A DNA stretch of 55,516 bases from a virus. Its lineage: Duplodnaviria > Caudoviricetes. Positions within the stretch are counted from its first letter, which is position 1. Each line of letters starts with the position of its first letter. Shown piece after piece: positions 47,242-55,516 of this stretch. Under the pieces are notes generated by a model. The model worked only from the letters and a program-made list of their open reading frames with translations. It was not told the DNA's origin and searched no databases. The stretch lies in IMG/VR virus record IMGVR_UViG_3300042934_000707, positions 1 to 55,516 of that record. The stretch is one strand, 5' to 3'. Made by a program: the position numbers and the translations under genes.

Positions 47242-48245
47242 TACTTGAGGGCAGCAACGGACAACGGGTACTGGTTCCGACACAGGTCGTACGTGGTGGT
47301 GACCGGGAAGTTCGGTGCAATCTGAATCGCATCACGCATCTCGGTGATCAGCGTCAAGATCTTACGGCCATCGGCACTCATGATCGATAGCGCTGTAAGG
47401 TCGTAGATGGGCGCAGGATCGACGGGACGCTTAAAGGTGGCCCATGTAGGGTTGATCTTGTTAAGCGTGTCACGCAGCAGCACAGCCTTTGCTGGGTACT
47501 CTTCTGGCTTCCATGTGTCGGTAATGGTGAAGCCTGACAGGAACGTCTTGATGAAATCCGGGTTGTTGCCCAAGATCTCGTCCACCGTGAGCACATCCAT
47601 CATGGACAACAGGCCTTCCAAGTTCCCCGACTGCATGACCGTGCCCGAGGCGTAGATCATGGACTGCTTCATGACATCCGGGTCAACATTGGCCGAGACC
47701 ATCTTGATCATGTCAGGGTAGTTGTACTCCACCGCTTGACTGATCGTGGCACCCCAGAGCGAAGCCTCCATCCCGATGTTGATGAACTTGGTGTACTCAG
47801 AGTTCCCCGAGACGTCCCCTGCCAAGCGCAGCAGCTGTTGCAGGTTGTTGGCCTGATTGCCCGAGTACGTCTTGACCACCCCGTCCGAGGCAATCTTGAT
47901 CTTGTCCATGACGGCCGGGTCAATGCCTGCGTACTGACCTGCCTTGTCTGCGATGAAACCCCCACCTTGGGTGAGCAACGCTTGGGTGTTGGTGCCGAAG
48001 GCGTTCAGACCCCGCTCAAACAGCTCCTTACCGGTCGCTCCAGAGCGTTTGAGCTGAATGAGCGATGAGACACTGCTGATCAGCGCATCGCGTCCCCCAG
48101 TGGCGCTCAGGATGTTCTTGCCGACGTTCTTGGCGGCTTCAAAGAGCTTGTTGACGGGTTCGGAGTTCGTGAGTTTGTACACGTCTGCCGTTGCAAGCTC
48201 TTCCTTGCCATTCGTCTTGAACAGCGGAGTGGAAATCAAACTCAT
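47241..48245 (-). CDS. Putative virion structural protein
   Basis: 334 aa; N-terminal F.T...E.LAT.DVY pattern recalled from phiKZ-like virion proteins. Confidence 0.6.
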   Translation of the reverse strand: MSLISTPLFKTNGKEELATADVYKLTNSEPVNKLFEAAKNVGKNILSATGGRDALISSVSSLIQLKRSGATGKELFERGLNAFGTNTQALLTQGGGFIADKAGQYAGIDPAVMDKIKIASDGVVKTYSGNQANNLQQLLRLAGDVSGNSEYTKFINIGMEASLWGATISQAVEYNYPDMIKMVSANVDPDVMKQSMIYASGTVMQSGNLEGLLSMMDVLTVDEILGNNPDFIKTFLSGFTITDTWKPEEYPAKAVLLRDTLNKINPTWATFKRPVDPAPIYDLTALSIMSADGRKILTLITEMRDAIQIAPNFPVTTTYDLCRNQYPLSVAALK

Positions 48246-48261
48246 GTGACCACCAATAAAG

Positions 48262-48305
48262 AAAAAAGAAAAGGGAAGACCATGGAGACCCGAAGGTCTC
48301 CATGG
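48262..48305 (-). terminator. Intrinsic terminator with cUUCGg loop
   Basis: CCATGGAGACC-TTCG-GGTCTCCATGG followed by a T-rich tract on -. Confidence 0.8.
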
Positions 48306-48311
48306 CGGGTG

Positions 48312-48884
48312 TTACTTACCAGCAACCTCGTCCAATTCGGCGGGGTTGTTCTTGGTACGATCGATGTGCTCGATCAACTCGTCACGGATTACGTCCAGGT
48401 TACCGGAGGCGATCAGCGTTTCACGCAGGGTCTGCCAGAATTCAATCTGCCATTCGTGACGAGGAGGCACATGGATCGTGCCGCGGAAGTTGTAGTAATG
48501 CACCAGAGGCAAGGTGTTCTTGATCAGCTCTTGTTGCAGCTGTGGGTTCTTGGCCAGTTTCTCGACCATACCCAGTTTGAACATCTTGGTGAACAGTGGA
48601 TAGTGGAAGCTTTCCATGTCCTTGCCTTTCTTGCGCGAGTCGTGGCCGTTCATGACGCGGAACAGCTCTTCGCTACGGCCTGTCTTGAGGTAATGCCACA
48701 GGCCTTCAAGGGTGCGGAAGCGGCCGAAGTACGGGTGCTCGATGTTGCACTCCTGGAAGTTGCTGAGGTCACGCCCCAGTTTCATCCGACCGCGTGTGAA
48801 TACGTTAACGTGCGAGACACCGTCTTGTTCAGGATCGAATGCTGGGACGGCCGGGGGTTTCTTCGTTTGGTTGTCAGTTGACAT
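48312..48884 (-). CDS. NADAR/YbiA-like protein
   Basis: LSNF...FRTLEGLWHYLK...MVEKLAKNPQLQQELI...LVH matches the NADAR pattern; likely start 48884 (ORF open from 48920). Confidence 0.6.
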   Translation of the reverse strand: MSTDNQTKKPPAVPAFDPEQDGVSHVNVFTRGRMKLGRDLSNFQECNIEHPYFGRFRTLEGLWHYLKTGRSEELFRVMNGHDSRKKGKDMESFHYPLFTKMFKLGMVEKLAKNPQLQQELIKNTLPLVHYYNFRGTIHVPPRHEWQIEFWQTLRETLIASGNLDVIRDELIEHIDRTKNNPAELDEVAGK

Positions 48885-48916
48885 GATGTTGTTCCTGGTG
48901 CGATAGGGAGGTTCGA

Positions 48917-49393
48917 TCAATCGTCAGCGTCGAGGATATCGTCGTCGTCAGATTGGCCGAAATCACCGTCTCCAAAGGTAGGGTCGAGTTCTTCGGGCGA
49001 GGCACGATTGGTGAGCTTGTCAATGTCGGCGAGTGGGTTTGTGATAAACCCTGTGTCGACAGTTGTCTTCGATCCGTTACGCCATTCCATATCAATGGTG
49101 ATGCGATAGCGTAATGGGCCAATCACCTGCACGGCCTTTTGGAATGTCTTCCACGTCATGCTCGACCGGGAGATTGCACGGTTGAAGTTATTTCGTTCTT
49201 GACCAATGTCCTTGGCGTTCTTCGGCACCCGTGAAAAAGGTGACTTCAGAAAGGTGGTCAGACGACGGTTCCACTGAGACGCACCGATGTCTTGTTTGGC
49301 AAGGATCAGGCGAAACAGGCGGGTCAATGGGTTGGCGGACTCTTGGACTAACCGATTAGGGTCGTCCATCATTCTGCGTTGTTCTTTGCTCAT
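48917..49393 (-). CDS. Conserved hypothetical protein (basic core, acidic tail)
   Basis: 158-aa ORF in operon. Confidence 0.8.
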   Translation of the reverse strand: MSKEQRRMMDDPNRLVQESANPLTRLFRLILAKQDIGASQWNRRLTTFLKSPFSRVPKNAKDIGQERNNFNRAISRSSMTWKTFQKAVQVIGPLRYRITIDMEWRNGSKTTVDTGFITNPLADIDKLTNRASPEELDPTFGDGDFGQSDDDDILDADD

Positions 49394-49427
49394 GAGTGTA
49401 ATCCGTAGGGTTGATTGTTTCAGGTGC

Positions 49428-49907
49428 TCATTTGATTGCGGCCCTTATTCCCGAGATCAGGAAGTCAGTGTCACGAAGCACAGAGTTGTAGTTACGCTGA
49501 TAGTACTCTTTATCGTCGTCTTCCAATTTCTTGAAAGCTTTCAACAGACGAGTGATACGGGGTTGGTTTTCCTTCAGCCAAGTTGCTGGGTCCACAATGA
49601 AGCCGTCGTAGGTGAACCAGTTGTCAAGGACATAAAAGTCTTCAACGCGTACACCGGCTTTCCACGGCTCGGGTACATACTCGTTCTTGGCCACAATCCG
49701 ACCGGCATTGCTTAACCACTCCGCCAATTCCCTGGGCGATCTGCTCGACAGCGTGACCGTTGTCTGCATGGCTTTGCGTACGTTGTACTTGCTCATCACG
49801 TCATGGGTTAATGCTCCTAGGTTGTGTTCGATACGGGCGAAGATATCGTCAGGTGGTGGGGGTTCTGGCGGTGGCGGGTTGAGCCAGGCCCATAACTGTT
49901 TCAGCAT
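49428..49907 (-). CDS. Hypothetical protein
   Basis: 159 aa, AGGGG RBS, TATG upstream. Confidence 0.75.
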   Translation of the reverse strand: MLKQLWAWLNPPPPEPPPPDDIFARIEHNLGALTHDVMSKYNVRKAMQTTVTLSSRSPRELAEWLSNAGRIVAKNEYVPEPWKAGVRVEDFYVLDNWFTYDGFIVDPATWLKENQPRITRLLKAFKKLEDDDKEYYQRNYNSVLRDTDFLISGIRAAIK

Positions 49908-49988
49908 TTTACGATGACCCCTTTGACTTCCATAAGCGTTTACTGGGGGATTCTATGATTAGTTACCGTCTGCACGGAGAATTTCGAA

Positions 49989-50525
49989 ATGTCTGATGAC
50001 TTTGTCAAAGACGGCGAATACCTGCCCGCAGGCACCGGGGAGTTCCTCGGCGCTGAGCGTGCTCCTATTCACGTCAATCAATCCACGGACCCCGCTGATG
50101 TCGTCAAGACTTCTCAGGGCATCCGTTTACAAATCTTGAAACACCGGTTGGCCCGTGGCGTCAATGACGATGCCAAGGAACTGAACCTGGACCTGCAACT
50201 GCTGCGCGACCTCGATGCCAACGCCTTGACCACTCGAAAGATCGACGTGGAAGAACGCGCTGTCAACGAAGCCGAACAGGTCAGTCAGCAAACCAACGCC
50301 TTGCTCAAGCTGCTGGGCGGCAAGAACCCGTTCGCCGTGGACCTCAACAATGGCGGCGCCCTGCGTCAAGACCTCATTGGTCGTTCACGCGAGACCGCCT
50401 TGCCAGAGCCTAAGATCGTACCGGGCCATACCAAGCAAGGTACAGACAACCTCAACTACGGCGACTTCGTCGACGACCCTGATGCTGAAGATGACGATCA
50501 GCTTGAGGAAGAAGAGGAAGTGTAG
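49989..50525 (+). CDS. Conserved helical hypothetical protein
   Basis: 178 aa, GGAG RBS, TATG upstream, acidic tail. Confidence 0.8.
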   Translation: MSDDFVKDGEYLPAGTGEFLGAERAPIHVNQSTDPADVVKTSQGIRLQILKHRLARGVNDDAKELNLDLQLLRDLDANALTTRKIDVEERAVNEAEQVSQQTNALLKLLGGKNPFAVDLNNGGALRQDLIGRSRETALPEPKIVPGHTKQGTDNLNYGDFVDDPDAEDDDQLEEEEEV

Positions 50526-51253
50526 TTGCCGGGGGTGAAGAAGCAGAAGTCACCGATGGGCAGATGCTCCAAGTGAATGAACTCTTCCAACACCATGGCC
50601 TGCAACGCACACTTGTCCAACTGATTCAAGGCTGCATCCTCCGCGACATTGTATTGCTCCGGCGCACTTAGGTGGCGCTGGGGCAATATGACGGTCACTG
50701 AGTTAGCCCGCTTAAACAACAGGTCTTCGTGGTGGACCTTCATCCATGCGTCAAAGTCGTACGTCACCCAGCCGTCGAAAGACTTCTTCAGCTCTTCAGG
50801 GGTCAGCTTGTCCATGTTGACACGGGCGGCGCTGATCTGCACGTGCTCAGGGATGATCACCCCCAAGGCTTCCACGATCGCTTGCACGTCGGGACCGGGC
50901 AGCGTGTACGGCGCGATGTTGATGGTGATGCTGATGCTGCTGACGTTGACCTGTCGCAAGAACCGGTCTTGCAGCTGCTTGATGTACCTCACTAGGACAT
51001 GAGGTATCCCAGAGATAATGCTCTTTTGCAGCGTGTCACGATTGCGGTTACTGTAGATTTTATCGAAGTGAGCATTCTTGATCTTCCCTTCAGTCAAGAC
51101 TTCCATGTTGTCCCAGTCACGGATCTGATAGCCGTTACGCACAGCCAGCAAGGCCGCTTCCCGATTTATCTTCAGAAGCGTCCCAAAGCGTGTATCGAAC
51201 AGCGCATCCAGATCCAGTAACAACCGATAATCGTTCTGGACCGGATCACTCAT
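50498..51253 (-). CDS. Conserved protein with HAD-like N-terminal motif
   Basis: 251 aa; LLLDLDALFDT resembles HAD motif I. Confidence 0.7.
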   Translation of the reverse strand: MSDPVQNDYRLLLDLDALFDTRFGTLLKINREAALLAVRNGYQIRDWDNMEVLTEGKIKNAHFDKIYSNRNRDTLQKSIISGIPHVLVRYIKQLQDRFLRQVNVSSISITINIAPYTLPGPDVQAIVEALGVIIPEHVQISAARVNMDKLTPEELKKSFDGWVTYDFDAWMKVHHEDLLFKRANSVTVILPQRHLSAPEQYNVAEDAALNQLDKCALQAMVLEEFIHLEHLPIGDFCFFTPGNYTSSSSSS

Positions 51254-51825
51254 GGGGTTTCTCCACTAGATGATGTATTGCCTAAATCCAATGGAAGTGT
51301 GTCAGTGTCAAACGGCACCGGCGTGATCGACAGCATGTACATGAACAGGGTCCACGGGTTGTCGTTAAACAACGTGCGGATGTATTCGGTCGTGGCCGCC
51401 CGGTCCTTGATGTTGTTGCTGATCGCGGTTGCCCGGTAAGGCCACGTGATCGACTTGGCCAGATCACTGATGACCTCGTTCCAATGCCCGGACGGGATCG
51501 GGACCATCGCCGTGATGTAGGCCGTGCCCTGCAACACGTAGTCGACAATGTTCTCGTTAACGCGCTTAGGCGGGGTGTCATCGTCTTCTTCACGTTCAAT
51601 GCTACCCGGCATAACGGAATCCCAGACCGTGGCCAGTTGATCTTCCGTGGCAATCATGGCCCAACGGACCATGCGTGCTTCACCGACGAAGATCTCAAGA
51701 TCACGGGGAATGTTGGGGTCCATCTGCGAGCGTACACGGTCAGACGCAAAAATAAGATGCCACTCGAGGGTGGCATCTACTAAGCGTTTGAGGTACACCG
51801 CGGAAGTGTTGTTAGGTATTTCCAC
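51250..51825 (-). CDS. Conserved hypothetical protein
   Basis: 191 aa, GTG start, ATGA overlap with the next gene. Confidence 0.75.
   Translation of the reverse strand: MEIPNNTSAVYLKRLVDATLEWHLIFASDRVRSQMDPNIPRDLEIFVGEARMVRWAMIATEDQLATVWDSVMPGSIEREEDDDTPPKRVNENIVDYVLQGTAYITAMVPIPSGHWNEVISDLAKSITWPYRATAISNNIKDRAATTEYIRTLFNDNPWTLFMYMLSITPVPFDTDTLPLDLGNTSSSGETP
51270..51298 (-). promoter_or_regulatory. Possible internal early promoter
   Basis: ACTTC-N16-TACATCAT on -, just upstream of the GGAG RBS of 50498..51253. Confidence 0.45.
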
Positions 51826-51830
51826 AGGGG

Positions 51831-52532
51831 TTAAACCTCGTCAAGATCGGTGTCGATCATCATCCCCCGGAAGAGGATGGCAGTGTTGGAAGTGGATTTG
51901 GTGACTTGTCCATCGGTCGTTACGTCGTCGATGTTGGCTTCGCCATGTTCGATCAACTGACGGTCAAACTCTAGTTGTGCGGACTCATCACCGCCACGGA
52001 TCTTGATTTCCTCGATCAGCGTGGAGGTCAGGTTCTGGGCCAACTGGGCCTGTACTTCTGGGAAGGAGATCTTGGACCCCTTCGATTTCCCTGTAACCTG
52101 CCCAGACATCTCGTCCACATGGCGAGCGTCTTCAGGGATCGACGATTTCTTGGTGAGCATCTGTGCTTGACGTCGCACCAACATATCCAGAACCGGATAC
52201 TCGTTGGGGGTCAGGTAAGTCACGCCGGTTTGCGGATCAGTAATCCACAGACGCTCGAAAAGCTTAAGACCAACGTTGTCGGCAACCAACATCAGGTTGT
52301 CCATGGTCAAACGGGTGTCATCCATCGGCGGTGAGACGAACGGGAGAATCTCTTGGGTAGCCTTCTCTTCTTCCGTCTCAGGCTTTGCGAGTGATCGCAT
52401 GTACGCGTCAAACTCGGCATCAGACATTGCTTCCAACCGCGACCGGGTGACATTGGGGTTGTAATCATCGCCTGGAATCATCAAGGCAATGTTGGATACG
52501 ATGAAATCGGTAACGTCGGCGCGGGTGATCAT
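51831..52532 (-). CDS. Virion RNA polymerase beta C-terminal subunit (phiKZ gp149-like)
   Basis: 233 aa; RRQAQML.KK and SGQVTGKSKGSKISFPE...E.IKIRGGD match the beta C-terminal region. Confidence 0.85.
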   Translation of the reverse strand: MITRADVTDFIVSNIALMIPGDDYNPNVTRSRLEAMSDAEFDAYMRSLAKPETEEEKATQEILPFVSPPMDDTRLTMDNLMLVADNVGLKLFERLWITDPQTGVTYLTPNEYPVLDMLVRRQAQMLTKKSSIPEDARHVDEMSGQVTGKSKGSKISFPEVQAQLAQNLTSTLIEEIKIRGGDESAQLEFDRQLIEHGEANIDDVTTDGQVTKSTSNTAILFRGMMIDTDLDEV

Positions 52533-52535
52533 GTC

Positions 52536-52826
52536 TTAGCTCCGTGGCAGATCGTTGGCCAGAATGGTTGGCAGAACGAGGTTACGGAAGTGACGCAGCC
52601 AATCACGCGGTGCGATGTCTTGATCGACCAGGCAGGTGCGCGCGCTGACGGTGGAGGTGTGCAAACGGCTCAGCTCATCACGCCAATAGCGATTCAGGGC
52701 TTTGATCTGTTGATCGGGGGAACCGTTCGCATCGTGGAAACCACGCGTGAAGCGAATGGCAGCAGCAGGGTTGGACGAGCTGATAGCGTCTGCTACAGCA
52801 CCGACCACATTTTCTTCAGGGTTCAT
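52536..52826 (-). CDS. Small conserved hypothetical protein
   Basis: 96 aa, GGAG RBS. Confidence 0.75.
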   Translation of the reverse strand: MNPEENVVGAVADAISSSNPAAAIRFTRGFHDANGSPDQQIKALNRYWRDELSRLHTSTVSARTCLVDQDIAPRDWLRHFRNLVLPTILANDLPRS

Positions 52827-52905
52827 TGTCTGTCTCCGTTAAAGGGGAAGGCCGGAAAGTAAAAGACAATCCGGCCTCAGATAATTAGGCAAACTGCTTA
52901 AGTAT

Positions 52906-54498
52906 TTACGCAGCAGCCTTTTGCGCCTTGCGCGCCATCTTCTCAGCCAGCGCTTGTTTGAGCGCTTGCGGGTTGATGACAGCCGAGGTTTCCGTACCAG
53001 CGGCGGCTTCGTCCACGGTAGCCACCGCAGCTTTGCCCATGCCAGCCAACTTCTCTTTCAGCGCTTTGGCCTCGTCGTACCAGTACGGGTGGTAAGTCCC
53101 GGCCCGGATGTTGAGCAAGTCCATGGTCGACAGGAACGGGTAGTCCTGATCGGCCTCTTCCTCCAACGGTACCCAGTAGCCACGGGAGTCCATCAACAGG
53201 TCCCAATCGTAGCCCTTGGCAATGATCGCGTCGTACAGCTCTTTCGGGTGGCAGTACAGTCCTTCTTCCATGTCGTGCCACAGGTTGCGCATCATGCACA
53301 GCTCAGCGGTGACGTTCATGGCGCGTGCTAGGCGGTAGTTCTCTTCCAGCAGACTGCGCGTGGTGGTGCGTTGCAGGGTTTGCGTCGGGTACAGGTCCAG
53401 ACGGTAGTACTGCTTGCCCTTGGCGTTCTTGCCATCACGGTCGCTGATGCCGTAGTAGTCGTAGTCCTTGCAGTACTTGAACTCGGTCAGCTCAGGCTTG
53501 AGGCCTTCAGACTGAGACACGACCACGTCGTACGGGATACCCGATGGACCGGACTTGCCACGCAGGTTGACCAACGTGATGGTGATCAGGTCGGTGTCGC
53601 CCTTGAGGTCGTCTTCGCTGTTGCGAGGGAACTCGGGCTTCTTGTCGCCGTCCAGCATAGGCGAGAGGCTGACGCAGTACCAGCAGTTGGCGGTCAGGAA
53701 GCTGAAGTTCTCGGGCACCTTCTTGAGTTTCAGGTCGCCTTTGAGGAACTTGAGTTTCTTCACGTTCGGCTTGTACATGTCCAGCTGGTATTCCTGGCCC
53801 ACGTGCGCGGTCATCAGCAGATGCACACCACTGGAGCTGGTCACGCCAGTCACTTGGTCGATCAACTGCGACTTGGCCCCGGCGCCTTTCATGGCCACCA
53901 TGTTCAAGTCTTTGTGGCCCACGTCGGACTTCTCGTACATCGCCATGATGCCTTCGGTCTGCAAACCGGACAGCGAGTCGAGGAACGCCAGCGTCGGCGT
54001 AGGGATCTTCACGAACTCACCAGTGCCTTCGTCAACGAATGGCGTGGTGATCATGATCTCCTTGTCAGCACGGCGGTCAGCGCTGTACTCACGGATGAAG
54101 TTCCACCATTCGTTACCGTTGTACACGGTAGCGTCAGAGAACGCCAAGCGGCACAGGTCAACCAGGTCTTTCCCGTACAGGTTCTCGAACTGGCTGAACA
54201 CGTCATGGATACGCTTGACCGAGAGGGTGTTCTCCGAGTCATGCGCCATCATGATGGCACAGGCGATACGGTTCATGACAGAGCCCAGCTGGAACAGCGA
54301 GATCACCGTCTTGAACATGTTGGGCAGACCCGCTACCCCGGTAAAATGGTTCAGGCCGCCGCAGAGGATCATCTCCCCGCGTTTACCCTTGTAAAACTTC
54401 CCCGTTTGAATATCGAAGCCCGCTCCAATGTTCCACATGGGGCGAAGGGAGGGGGCTTTTTTCATCTTGGCAAATGGATCTTTCATGTACTGCTCCAT
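52906..54498 (-). CDS. uvsX: UvsX/RecA-like recombinase (phiKZ gp152-like)
   Basis: 530 aa; NIGAGFDI.TG, GGL, Walker A variant GLPNMFKT, Walker B AFLDSLS, MTAH, RGKSGPSG. Confidence 0.85.
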   Translation of the reverse strand: MEQYMKDPFAKMKKAPSLRPMWNIGAGFDIQTGKFYKGKRGEMILCGGLNHFTGVAGLPNMFKTVISLFQLGSVMNRIACAIMMAHDSENTLSVKRIHDVFSQFENLYGKDLVDLCRLAFSDATVYNGNEWWNFIREYSADRRADKEIMITTPFVDEGTGEFVKIPTPTLAFLDSLSGLQTEGIMAMYEKSDVGHKDLNMVAMKGAGAKSQLIDQVTGVTSSSGVHLLMTAHVGQEYQLDMYKPNVKKLKFLKGDLKLKKVPENFSFLTANCWYCVSLSPMLDGDKKPEFPRNSEDDLKGDTDLITITLVNLRGKSGPSGIPYDVVVSQSEGLKPELTEFKYCKDYDYYGISDRDGKNAKGKQYYRLDLYPTQTLQRTTTRSLLEENYRLARAMNVTAELCMMRNLWHDMEEGLYCHPKELYDAIIAKGYDWDLLMDSRGYWVPLEEEADQDYPFLSTMDLLNIRAGTYHPYWYDEAKALKEKLAGMGKAAVATVDEAAAGTETSAVINPQALKQALAEKMARKAQKAAA

Positions 54499-54570
54499 GA
54501 TAAAGACACCTCAAAAGAGAGGTTAGTGCAAACGATATGAACGAATACTTTCTTTTAACCCGGAGTCATT

Positions 54571-55404
54571 GTGATGCAAGATAACCTGTACCCTGATTTG
54601 GACACCGTGTCGCTCGAAGAGTTGGGGCGACTGGTGAATGTCATCTCCATGGAGTCCGCCGCCTCAGGTTCGTTCCTGATGGACACGCGTGCTCGCTTCA
54701 ACAGCTTCTTCTCCAAAGCCGACAACTTCTTCAAGACACTGAAGTTTGACGTGATCGGTGTAGGCAAGGTAAACCCGGCCAACCTGATCCGTGGTGTGAA
54801 CAAGGCAGGCTTTGTTGACGCAGGTAAAGAAAACGTTGTGGTACCGCTTGGCTTTGTTGGGCTGTGGCTGCCATTCAGCAACGACCTGTACGCTGCTGTG
54901 AAGACTTCGGGCGCCCTGCCTCGGATGCTCAAAGATTACAACACCTGCTTGGGTGACCTGATCAGCAACCCTGAACTGCTCAAGGGCGCATCGGGCATCC
55001 CGTACAACAACAAGTTCGAGATCGGTCTGGCCAAAGCCATGCAAGACATCGCGGCCACGTACTTCAATCCTGCCACTGAGACGGTGAGCCGTTCTCTGAG
55101 CAGCGTACTGGAGCGCATTGCTGACATCACCCCGGTGTTCAACAACATCAACGATGCCAGCGCCTTCGACCGTCAGAACCCTGCGGTGCTGGTGACCAAG
55201 GCCGTCGGCCGTGCGATGGAGCTGAGCAAGCAACTGATGCCCCTGCTCGATGACGACAGCGCCGTCTCCAAGCCGGTGCGTGAACAACTGATCAGCCTGA
55301 CCTACTCGTTGGCCCGTGAAGTGGAGGCGTACTCGACCCTGTTGTACCGTCTGCGCCAGTTCAAACTGTCCGTTGAAGACAGCTTGGACAAGATCAAATT
55401 GTAA
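54571..55404 (+). CDS. Putative processed head protein (phiKZ gp153 position)
   Basis: 277 aa, divergent from uvsX; N-terminal VSLEE and ISMES motifs. Confidence 0.7.
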   Translation: MMQDNLYPDLDTVSLEELGRLVNVISMESAASGSFLMDTRARFNSFFSKADNFFKTLKFDVIGVGKVNPANLIRGVNKAGFVDAGKENVVVPLGFVGLWLPFSNDLYAAVKTSGALPRMLKDYNTCLGDLISNPELLKGASGIPYNNKFEIGLAKAMQDIAATYFNPATETVSRSLSSVLERIADITPVFNNINDASAFDRQNPAVLVTKAVGRAMELSKQLMPLLDDDSAVSKPVREQLISLTYSLAREVEAYSTLLYRLRQFKLSVEDSLDKIKL

Positions 55405-55408
55405 CGTC

Positions 55409-55455
55409 GACAGCATAGACGATGGGAGGAGCATGCGCTCCTCCCATCTATGCCG
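55409..55455. terminator. Bidirectional CATA/TATG-flanked hairpin
   Basis: 12-bp stem 55421-55432/55437-55448 with outer GCATA/TATGC. Confidence 0.7.
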
Positions 55456-55458
55456 AAT

Positions 55459-55515
55459 TCATGCGAATCCGTGCACTTCATCGGCCTTCCGCAGTACCTT
55501 TGCTGCATCCCTCAG
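55459..55515 (-). CDS. 3' end of a gene entering from beyond the window (...LRDAAKVLRKADEVHGFA*)
   Basis: Open frame ending at the convergent hairpin. Confidence 0.4.
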   Translation of the reverse strand: MRDAAKVLRKADEVHGFA

Positions 55516-55516
55516 C

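Noticed and set aside
54310-54345. Non-canonical Walker A (GLPNMFKT) suggesting an inactive RecA
   Set aside because: As I recall, the G-x-x-N-x-F-K-S/T form is typical of phiKZ-like UvsX proteins, so it is not unusual
1-55516. tRNA/rRNA genes or alternative genetic code
   Set aside because: No cloverleaf recognised in intergenic gaps; conserved genes are full length in the standard code with TAA, TGA and TAG stops

Overview
A 55.5 kb, GC-rich segment of a phiKZ-like jumbo myophage (Chimalliviridae-type, nucleus-forming lineage). Recognisable core genes are PhuZ tubulin, terminase large subunit, three baseplate/virion genes, tail sheath and tube, prohead protease, four of the five virion RNA polymerase subunits (beta-N, beta-C, beta'-N with the DFDGD motif, beta'-C), a 2251-aa tape-measure/lytic transglycosylase (phiKZ gp181-like), a gp182-like baseplate protein and a UvsX/RecA recombinase. 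The gene order resembles SPN3US more than phiKZ. Accessory islands lie at about 1-4 kb, 6.0-9.1 kb and 22.2-29 kb. Read directly from the sequence: a bipartite early-promoter motif (SATTS-N16-TACATYRY, all copies on the - strand), a family of U-tract-less hairpins flanked by CATA/TATG, an operon of four small membrane proteins (two absent from the ORF track), a 60-aa Tudor/SH3-like segment bracketed by two protease sites in vRNAP beta-N, a candidate overprinted membrane ORF inside the tape-measure gene, a PhuZ with a basic rather than acidic tail, a NADAR-like gene and a protein with an SspB-like LRVVK tail. No tRNA, CRISPR array, intron or transposon was seen. Family assignments come from remembered motifs and synteny, not from database searches.
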